IMG/VR virus record: IMGVR_UViG_3300004369_000017
Span: 1-57,164 of that record
Origin: a virus
Lineage: Duplodnaviria > Caudoviricetes
Reading direction: 5' to 3' (one strand)
DNA length: 57,164 nucleotides
A program made the position numbers and the translations under genes. Under the pieces are notes generated by a model. The model did no database searches. It was not told where the DNA came from and saw only the letters and a list, made by a program, of their open reading frames with translations. Position 1 is the stretch's first letter; the number at the start of each line of letters is the position of its first letter. Shown in pieces: positions 1 to 10,800 of the stretch.

Positions 1-204
1 GACTGTGTTAAATCCAATTAAAGCTAAACCAGAAGCTCCGTTGAACTGTTGATATGTAGCAATTAATACATCGTTAGGTATGGGCGATGGAAAAAAGGCT
101 GTAATTGGAGTCGTTTGATTTTTGTCATAAAAATGCTGGTCGCCAGATGGAATTAATATTTCACCAAACATTGACTTTTGAACATCAGATAAATCTAATC
201 TCAT
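1..204 (-). CDS. Hypothetical virion-cluster protein, N-terminal part (runs off the window edge)
   Basis: ATG at 204, just after the stop of the upstream gene. The frame is open to base 1 (MRLDLSDVQKSMFGEILIPSGDQ...). Not in the ORF track. Confidence 0.6.
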   Translation of the reverse strand, partial: MRLDLSDVQKSMFGEILIPSGDQHFYDKNQTTPITAFFPSPIPNDVLIATYQQFNGASGLALIGFNTV

Positions 205-208
205 GACA

Positions 209-1891
209 CTAATTCCCTAACTCATAAGTCCAAGACATGCTAATTGAATATTCACCAGTTTTAGGAGACCAGCTTTCAGATGGTGGAGATAAAAAGAATT
301 TTCTAATATCGGGTTCTCCTTGGGGACTCAATTCTGTCAAAATTAACTTAATTTCTGAAGCAGAAGGCTCTACTAAACTTGGTTTAGTGAGTAACATCCC
401 CTGTCTATCTCCTTCGTATCCCAAACCCCTGTAATCCATAACAAGATTTAAAGAAACATCCCTTCTATATTCTGTTCTGCCTCCAATATTTTGTAAAACT
501 GGCCCATTTACCCTTCCTAACACAGAAATACTGGCAAACACATCTCCCGGATAAGTATCATTAACAGAAATGTTTTCCGAGGTAGCCCCTGTAATAAAAT
601 TACTTGGCCTATTGTTAAACTGTAAATTATAACTCAATTCTCCAGTATATTCGTTGGAGCTTATAGCTAAAGAAAGCGGTTGAGAGTTTAACTGTACTGC
701 AACGGTCTGATTTGCTCTTTTGAATATATCTGAAGTTAGTCCAAATTGCCCATTGTTAGATATTTGTTTGTACTTGTTTAACGCATTTTGGTAGGCATCA
801 CTATTAGCTGGAGCAGCACCGCCAAAACTTTCAGGAGAATTTGAAGATAGCCCCTTAATACTTCCATCTATTGTTACGGATATGAATGGACTGTCTGAAG
901 AACTGGATGTTGAAATATTATAATTTTCATGCACGTTTCCCTTCGCTAATATCCAATTCTCAGTAACAGAATAAGTACCATTAGACTCACTAAGCTGTTC
1001 AGTTCTTACGTGATTAAAACCTCCGTAAGTATTTACTAAACTAATAGTACCTTTACCTATTTGTCCAGCTACGTTAGGGTAATCATTAATATTGTTAGCT
1101 AGTTTGCTTTGAACAAACTTCTTAGCCTGTTCCCAAGCCACTTCTTTTCCATTCGGCCCATAGTGAGTTTTTCCAGTAGCTGATACTGAGTGGGAAATCC
1201 TATAGGTTCTTGGTATATCAATAGATTCACCAACGGAATCGTCTACTTCAATAGACCATTCGTCGGAGTAGTCTTGAATAAAGGCTGCGTTAGGATCGCT
1301 AAGCAAACCTGCTTCAGTTTGCCCCTCAAGTGGCGATCCAGCAAACAATGAGCCATCTGTGTAAACTTCTAGGTTTTTATCAAGTAGTGTGTCGGCTTCA
1401 AGGGTGATAGTAAAATCACATTTATCTACATAGATACCCTCGGTAAAACTGATGTCTATCACTCTTGGAAAACAGATTATACTCGGTTCGTTATCATCAA
1501 TATCTGTGATTTCAAACCTTTGACCATCTTGAGCAAACAAGGAACGTAAAACGTTTTGTTTAAAAAGTATAGCTTGAGTAGAATTATTAAAGGGAACTTC
1601 TTGAGCAGGAGGTCTATTGGAACCGAAGTGTGAGACGTTGTTGTCAAAGGCTCCATAAGGGCCAACATTATTGGGGGTTCCGGCAAACACGTTAAATCTT
1701 ACACCATTGGCGTCGTTAGCGTATGGAGTCCCCTGACTAGCTAGAAGTGTGCCAGTCAAGGTTATTGAGTAATTAACTCCAAATGCTTCACCAGCTCCAT
1801 TTTTTATCACATTTTGAGCAATAGATACTAGAGGAGTGGGACGAATCGTACATTCCTCTGAAGCGATATTATTATACCTTATCCTAATCAT
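209..1891 (-). CDS. Tail/baseplate-region structural protein, function unknown
   Basis: 560-aa beta-rich ORF, coupled by a TAATG overlap to the giant tail gene and downstream of the tape measure gene. Confidence 0.6.
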   Translation of the reverse strand: MIRIRYNNIASEECTIRPTPLVSIAQNVIKNGAGEAFGVNYSITLTGTLLASQGTPYANDANGVRFNVFAGTPNNVGPYGAFDNNVSHFGSNRPPAQEVPFNNSTQAILFKQNVLRSLFAQDGQRFEITDIDDNEPSIICFPRVIDISFTEGIYVDKCDFTITLEADTLLDKNLEVYTDGSLFAGSPLEGQTEAGLLSDPNAAFIQDYSDEWSIEVDDSVGESIDIPRTYRISHSVSATGKTHYGPNGKEVAWEQAKKFVQSKLANNINDYPNVAGQIGKGTISLVNTYGGFNHVRTEQLSESNGTYSVTENWILAKGNVHENYNISTSSSSDSPFISVTIDGSIKGLSSNSPESFGGAAPANSDAYQNALNKYKQISNNGQFGLTSDIFKRANQTVAVQLNSQPLSLAISSNEYTGELSYNLQFNNRPSNFITGATSENISVNDTYPGDVFASISVLGRVNGPVLQNIGGRTEYRRDVSLNLVMDYRGLGYEGDRQGMLLTKPSLVEPSASEIKLILTELSPQGEPDIRKFFLSPPSESWSPKTGEYSISMSWTYELGN

Positions 1892-4800
1892 TACTTACCT
1901 CTTAATCGTAGGTTCAACGTTTCTGGCGTTGGTGTTCCGATACCGCTAACGCCTAGATTCAAAATGGCAGAATCTGTGGTAGTTGCAGTACCCTCAGTTG
2001 TTAGATTCAATCCGGGATTACCGCTTCCAGCCTGAGCTTCATTCCAAGAAGATGTGGTCAAATCTAGTGTATTATACACGCTAGCGTTAGTAGGACCAAC
2101 GATTGTTAAATTCATCGACTCAGTTTCTTGTTTGCTCGACCCGATAGTGCCAATATTCATATAATCAGTTACTTTTGTGCCGTCTAATATTTCACCAGTA
2201 ACAATCTTCACAAATGGACGATGTTTAATAAACCCTCTTAGGGATGGATCATATCCAGACGCTTCTAAGAAGATATCACCATTCTGATTAGCAGACACAA
2301 TTCCGCTGACTGAGTACGTTTGAGAGCCGCCAGAAACGTTTTGGTTAACTACAATGTTCAGGTTGTTTTCACTCTTATGGCCAAATACGGCAGCGTGAAT
2401 GTAAGAACCTGAATTGGCGATAGCGGGAACCTGACTCCTTAACATAGCGTCATATGTAAACATTACACCAGAAGAGTCAAGTGCTTCAGGAGCACCAACA
2501 ATCATCGTATAATCGCCGTCACCTCTTAGCGGTCTATCAATAGATACGCTCAACCCAAAGTAGTCGTCTTCGCGGTCTACGCCTTCTTGAGCAACCATCT
2601 TCTCGGCGTATGTCCATTCTTTATAGCGTGTTTGCCAATTGACCATAAAGTGAGAGTAAGTATATACAGCCCCAGCGTTGTCCACATAAGCCCCAGAGTC
2701 ATATACATTGTGCTCTGGAATAGAGAATTCAGCATTAAACTCTTTTCGAATAAATGCGTCAGAATCATACACATCTTCATATGTAACACCTGAGCCATGA
2801 CCCGGAGCGCCAATAGCTACAAAATCATGATCAATAGACACTGAAGCTCCAAACCGATCTTCAGGACTAACTGTATCAGCTTTAAGTTTTTGTTTGAATT
2901 CCCAAGGCAGGAACTCAGAGACCACGTTCACGCCACTATTAGTGTTTTCATAATAGAATACGGCTCCACCACCACGACTTCCATACTCCACATTGCCAGA
3001 ACCTCCAGATGTCCAAGGAGTCACTCCACTGCCACCATAGCTATTAAATGGCGAACCAACCATAAGCTTATTCTCATGTAGAGACACGCTATAACCAAAC
3101 AGATCACCCGGATTCTCAGAGAGGTTGATATGATCAACACCTGAGTCTCGCATGAGCGATGGCATACCACCCATAATACCAGCGTCAATATACTGAGCAC
3201 CGCTAAACCGTGGATACATACCAAAAGCAGTTGTCACATTCTGACCAAAACTACGTATTTCAGCCTTAATTTGTTCAGGGCTGACCGGGTCTGCTGGACG
3301 TACCACATCCCCCGGATGAGTGTTATTCTCATCGTCTACATAGGAATTCAAGTTTCCAGAAACACCAGCCATACCAAAAGCACTGATGTTATTGGCGATG
3401 TTGTTTACAGCAAATGATTTAGCGGGACTTCCACGTTCAGGTGACAACAGTTTTTGAGTGAATTCAAACGATCTTCCGCCACTAGTATTGTTAGTACTAG
3501 GAGAGGGTGGGTAGAGGCTACGAATAAACCGTTGGTTTCCAGTGAGGGCGTCGTCTCTATAGCCTTCGCAGGCACCTTGCACAATAGATGAATCAGAGAT
3601 TAAAATAATACGTGACCTGTTTTGACCGTTTGAGAAGGCAGAGAAGTGTTCTAATTCTTCAGCAGCTACCACTGGACCGTCTTCAATAAGTAAGCCACCC
3701 TTGTCTTTACATAGTGTAGAAGTATTTGGGAAGTCTTGACAGTACTTAGTGTTATCTGTCATTATAGGTCTAAACTGTTCTGGAATGGTTACTATATATG
3801 ATGGGATAGGTCTCCACTCTCCAGAGCAAACTGGATTCGGACTAATATCAGGGTCAATTATTTGTTCTGAGTTAATTAAGACTCTTGGGTTGGTTGGTAA
3901 CATAGCTCCAGAAACAGACAGCACGCGAGGCGTATAAGGTTTCTCATTCGAAGAGGGGATATTTCTCCATCTATCTGATGTGAACTCAAACGACACTGTA
4001 TTTACCCCAGAAGGAACTTTTACATCTACATAAGCAGATTGGGGGAATCCAACACTTGTCCCACTGAGATTTTTGTTAACATGAGAGCTTCCAGCTTTAG
4101 GATCGGCGGATAAAGACACGTTGTTGATACGCATATCAAGAGCATATCTTTCTTCAGGAAATTCCGAAACCCAACTGTAATAAATTCTATATCCTGATCC
4201 GGGAGTAACATTAAAGATTAAATCAGACTCACCCTTGATCTGCCATGCAGTAGGAGTTTCTTGGTATGTCTCATGAACATTTTCGTTGAAGTAGATTAGT
4301 TTGGTGGCGTTATTAGCTTTGATTGGTATATACGAATCTTCTTCACCACTAATAACTAATTTCTCCAGCCTGCTAGACTTACCGTATGTATTTACACAAC
4401 CGGCGATTATTTCACTGTCTGAATCAAGAAGCTGTAGAGGTTCTTCATGCTCGTCATACGGACAGCATGTCTGTTTATTAGAATTACCAATAGTGTCTGT
4501 TGAATGGACAACATGCCTACCGCCACGGTCTATATGTGGAGTAGATGTCATTCCTAGACTTTTCATGATAAAGGCTGCTCTTTGGGCGGATTCTGGACGT
4601 TGATCATAAGTTAAGACCAGTCTCTTTCCGCCAATCGCCAGCCAGTTAGTTAATTTAGTGATATCTGATTCACTAGGAAGCTCCGCTGGATTAGCAATCC
4701 ACACTATATCCACAACATTGTTTAAATTGCCTGTGTAATTTTCTTCAATTGAAGGTGCGTTTGTACCAATTTTAGTGCTAGATAATCTGGCTATTAGTTG

Positions 4801-7800
4801 TGATTCAGAGTAAGCGTCTGCAAACGACACTCTTCTAGTCCACCCACCTAGCTGCTTAACTACAGCCGCATCGTTACAAGACTCTCTCATTAAATTTGCA
4901 TAGAAGAATATGTTCTGGTCGCTATTAAGATTTGTTCTGTCTCCATATCTACCTTCCATACTGTTTTTATTTTCAGGAAACACAGAAGCGATCATCACAA
5001 CCGACGATGTGGTATCTTTATAAGACTCTTCGGTTGCTAATACTGCGTTGTTATCAAGAACCGCTGTTTTATTAACAGGGGGGAGGGTATAAGAACTGCC
5101 AGACCCCTGAATGATACCATCTCTATCTCCCATAAACAGTGGGTTGTAATGATTCTCACTATGACCGATGTGAGCTAAGCCCACACCGCTAACACTGTTC
5201 TCAGCCTCAATTACTCCAGAAACTCCAAACTCTAAGTTATCTATAGGCGTACTTCCGAATTCCCACACGGTTTGACGTGTAGTGACAGTCTTGTACGTAG
5301 TAGTGCATCCTAAATCAACCCACCCACTGGTTGCTGGAACTGTGTAACTTGAAGGGGCTACATACTCAGCCGCAGTTAACAATGGACGAGGTTCTTGATT
5401 TGGTCGATCAATTAATTGAGAAGGAGGTGAATCGCAATCTTGTGATCGCTTTTCGTTACCAAAGTGGAACGGCCAGTTCTCTTTGTAGTGAATTTCTATT
5501 ACAGTATTACCGGCGCGTTTGGTACACATAGCATTCCACTCAGCACGCAAATCTCCACCATGCTGAATTGGCATGTTACATCTATCATTCAAGATATTGC
5601 ATGGAGCGTCAATGAGTAAGTCTGGCTTGTTGACATCCAGACCGTTCAGGTCTATTCTAATGTCGCCAACGCCGCTGGCGTAAATAGGTCCGTTATTGAC
5701 AGCGGTAGAGTGAGCATTAGCTGGAACGTAAGCATTCGTAACATTATATCTATTATTGCTTACATCTGCACAATAATTAATAGCTTCGTATTCATTTCTA
5801 GCTGGATGAATTCTCATTCTAGAATCCAGCTTTTTCAGAATCTTATGTAGAATTGCGTTTGACTTTGCGTATTTCCCACCTTCCTCGTAAGAAGGATCAT
5901 TTCCTACTAGAACGAGAGTTCTGTCACCAAGAGCCATCCAGTTTTTGATATTATCAATTACCTCATCACTAGCTGAATCCAACTCAGGAGTGATAATGAA
6001 TGCTAACCCGGCGTCCTGTGGAATTTCAATGTCGTCGAATGGAAGCCTTTCAAAAGAGCGACCACTGTTATTGAAGATAGTTTTTAAGTCTTCGTATGAT
6101 CCTGAAGCCTCTGGATGGCTATTCTTATCGAGATTTCCAAATCGGTAAAACTCGACCACTCCACTGTGAGGGAAGTAGTTACGGGACTCAAAGACTCTAA
6201 CTGCACCTGCGTTAACGTAAGAAGCCCATGTATTTTCTGATTTAAACCACACATTTGTATCATCAAATTCATTAAAAGAGTCTGTTGGAGCACCAAAGAC
6301 AACTGTATTACCATCTTCACTGACAGAGGTACTGTATCCTAATCTTGAAGTTCCAGCAAAGTGTCCCGGAATAAAGCTCCAAGTACCAGTGTAAGGAATG
6401 TCGGTATATCTATAGTCGTAAGCTGATTTGTAAGGCTGTGGAATTCCACCTCTGCTGTTCCAGAAAGTCTCATCAGAACGAAATTTGAATTTCTCAGACT
6501 GAGTAAGTCCGTAATATGTCTCTAAGCGTCCTGATTCACTTGCTAAGACGTTATCATCTATGATAATACCCTGAGAGTTAAGCCAAGCTGGAAGGCCGTT
6601 AAACAGCCTCTGACGCTCACTAGAAGAGTCTTCGTAAATCTTACATGGATGATTTGAATATGGAGAACCTACACTAATTACTTCGGCATTATCACTGATA
6701 CTAACGCTATGTCCAAATCTGTCGTTTTCCACCTGACCATAATTACCAAGCGAATAAGAGTTTCTTCCTAACTCATCTGGAGATTTTATCTCCTGAATCA
6801 GATTGAACACACCGTTCTCATTCTCGTACACATAGACACGTCCACCAGAAGGAGGTGAAATCTGGAAATCAAGTGCGTTTTCATTAGCCCACTCCTGACC
6901 AACGCCGCTGGTAATAAAACCAAGAGCACTATTCTCAATCAGGTTGCCAGTAGCAAGAGTGTCATCCATTAAATCAATAGACTCTAACATCCAGTCTTCA
7001 GCATTTCCTAACGTTCTATTGACATAACCAGAAGCTCCTACACCACTAGCAAATGTCAGTTCTTTAAAGTAAGTCTCAAATTCATCTACAACTTCTTCGG
7101 TTGCTTCAGTAAACGAAGCAAACGCACCGTTTAACGAGTTACTGGAGTCTTGGAATATCCCCAAAATAGGAGGAAGATTATTATAGAGCCTGCCAGAATC
7201 ACGTTGGAATGTAGCGTTAAATATTTCCTTAACACCGCTTACCATATCATTTTTGATAACAGCCCACTCTTCAGATCCCTTCTCTCCAACTGTACTATCA
7301 TTTAGTTTACCTACATAGGTGTGGGAAATAAAAGCAGGGAGTTTTGGAATCAGTGGCTTTTCTTCAGAAGAGTCAACGCACTGACAGACCATAACCTTAA
7401 TGTCAAGCTCTGGCTGGAATTCACCAGATGTGTTTGGATACCAAGGGGCAGAAAAGTATTTATACAATACATCCCACTTACGTACTACGTTAGAGATTCT
7501 GTAGACCTCATCTTCATCGTATTCAAAGTTGTCTACAAACAACATAATACCGACTGGGATTTTTTCAGTAATGATCTCGTCAAAAGTTCGATTCCACTGA
7601 GCACCCGGAGCACCTACTACGATAACTTCACGGTTTCCACTATTGGCAATATCTACGGCATGGCCCAACTCTCTTCCCTCTTGACCAATACTCCACTTGT
7701 TACCTGAAATCGAACCAACACCCGGATAGGTAATAATCTCTCCAGCATCAATACTGTAATCGCCACGAAAACCTGACGGTAGAATTAAATCGTCTAACGC

Positions 7801-10800
7801 AACCCAATCAGCCTTTGTACCAGCTATTTCTGGATTACGTCTATATAGATAGACTGTTCCAGCAGAAGTTAAAATTTGTCCAGATTCACCCACTATGTCT
7901 TTAAAAGGAGAACCCACAGCCATTAAGTCACCCTTAACAGCGACACTAGTGCCCATCTTCTCGTCTTGCTCTGCATTTGAGTGCTGAACTCCAGAGAACG
8001 CGAGTGTGGAATTTGTGCCATATTCCCACTCTTCAAACTCCGGTGGAGCAGGCACAGATTCCGTGTCTCCGGTATCAACAGTTAGAGTGATGTTATATGG
8101 AGCATTTGGGGTTAAGTCAGAGTACTTACGTATGTCATAGTATTCACCATTTAAAGTGTCGTAAGCACGGAATATTCCAGCGTCGTAACACTGCTCTGCA
8201 TACCAAGTTACACCGTGACTAATAACAGCTCTTTCAACAGCTTTCTGTGGAGAATTACCAGTGCAAGAACCATAGCCTACTAAATCAACACCTCGAATAT
8301 CAGCATCAGATGGAATGGTAGCGTAAACGTTATCTTCAAGATCAATATCAACTCCATAGTTATTATCGAACCATCTGACATGAGCAGCTCCACCAGTTGT
8401 TGGTCCATATGTCGCATTAAACAGGTTTATCTGACCAACCGTCTGATTGGTAGAATATGAATCTCCATAAGATGTCAGATTCATAGATTCTGTTGGATTG
8501 TTGCTAAACGTATACAAGTTCATCTTAGCATCTGGATATCTATTAACCAGAGCCGCTGAAGCTACCGTGGTCAGGTTCACAACGCCAGATAGAGTAGAGG
8601 CACGACCTTCAGTTGAGTACATATCATCTGTATTAGAGAAGATAGGTAGGTGTGCGGTTACTCCAAGATTAGTTTCAGTCGCATTAACGAATAAAGACAG
8701 AGGTGATCCACTAGGAATTTGGACCTCTTCGTTGTTTAGAAGTGAGAGAGACATGCCGAGCACGCCGTCTCCACTTGAACTAATAACGCCCTTACCAATA
8801 GTGTTTATATTTACCAAAGTAGCTAAGTTACGAATATTAGCTTCAGTGTCACCAGTAACATTCACGTTTAATGTAGAAGAAGTCGTTTCCTGTCCATGAA
8901 CATTCATACCAAGTGAAGCGGTAGACATTAAGAGACCACTGGTATAAATTGGGAAACCAGATTCTTGAATCTGAATTGGACCAACGGTGTAGAGATTGAA
9001 CACATCTCCCGACGCCAAGTGGAAATTGCTGGCAAATAAATTCATCTCCCCATTAACTGGGGATGGGTTACCACTTGAGTACATATTCAACATAGAGTAG
9101 CGTTCAGTAGACTGGACAAAAGCGTCTTTTAACCGAACATTCGAGCTGTGTATATTGATCTCTGCTTTGAACTGATCTCCAGAAGGAAATACCAGATCAT
9201 ACTGAATAAACATATCGTCTACGTCAGTAGAGAAATACGTTTCTTCAAACTCTCGAAGTCTCGGCTCCTCTGGGAATAAAGCCCACTGCTCTGTTTCATC
9301 AAGCAGACTGTCGTAGTCAAACACACTCGTAAGTTTATGAATAGCAGTATTACTGTCCAACTGATGTGCGTACCTGTTAACAAGCCCCCAATTGTTTTCA
9401 TCTGGAGTCCAATAAGGCTCTTTACGCTTGGTGTAAAGGCTAACGATAAGCTTTCCGCTGCCTTCACCGTTATGACTAATAACTGTATCTACAGCCATAG
9501 CCTCTTCTGCAAAGTTATAACCACGAGGTAAAGCCTTGGTCACACGTTGAGGAACAGCATAGAAGTTATTAGCAGTGTCGCTCAGATATAAACGCAGGAA
9601 GTCGTTTTCAATCTGTGAATGATAAGAAACTGCTGAATTTAATGTTGTTGGTAAACCTCTTTCAATGTATCCTGAATATGGAGTGCCGGAAGCTGCGAGA
9701 GTAAATCTAAGCATTTCTTTGTTAGGGCGGGATTTAAGCTGCGAGAAAGCTGGCCCGAAAGATGTGTAGCCGTAACTGCCAAGTGTCCAATCACTGTCTG
9801 TGTTTTCATCAATATAGCTCCATAGTTTAACATTGTCGTGGATATAACTAGAATTACCAATCCACCATTGAGAGCGATGATTCTCTAGGAATTTTTGAGC
9901 GGTAACTTCTCTTAAATCGATGTTCGCTCCAGACTCTACAATGTTGTTAGTTGAGACGCCTAATTCTGTAATGAAAGCATTGTAACCAACACCAGAGCCT
10001 GAACATTTGCCGATACGTAACTGGCTGACATCGCTGTTGAGAGTAAAAGCTTCAGAAGTAGCCCTGAGTGTAGCCCAAGAAGGACCATCTCCAGTTAAAG
10101 AAGCTTGAGTCTGAGTTGAAAGAGGAGACCCACCCGCAGACAGGTAATCATCTTCTTCGTTTGGGGTATCTACAAGAGGGTTTTCTGAAAAGTTTTCATT
10201 ATCCGTGTAGAGCTTCAGTTGGTGCGATCCGTGATCATTATACGTGAGTAATACAGACAGTGGGAATGTATACTGATGGTATTCTGCCGTATCGACAATC
10301 TTAACGATAGAACCAGACACATCCATAGCGGTAGCACATAATACGCCGCTCTCATAACCAAGAGTGAATTCTAAACTATTACCGCTATCCCACTTAGATA
10401 CAATTACCCCACTGTCCCACGTAGCATCAATATCTGGTGAGAATCTAGTAAACACACTAAATCCCTGCGACATATCAGTTACGGGTAAGTTGATTGGCTT
10501 ACTGTAGTTAACTCTCACAGCACTATCAAACGCGTCAGCGATCTGACCATATATAGGACTGCTTGTGTAATCGGTTACTCCACTGGTTGTTGTAGTCCAG
10601 TCAATAGACTTGTAGTTACCACTATGTCCAGCGAATATATCTGAATCTAGGAATCTCCAACCCAAGTTCTGATATCTATCGTTAGCAGTACCGTCAAAAG
10701 TGCCAGATAGACTACCTACGGCTGGATTAACTTCCCCAAAAGCATCGCAATCGAATCGGAAGTACCCAGAAAGGAATGGGTATTCCATAACAGGGTTTTC

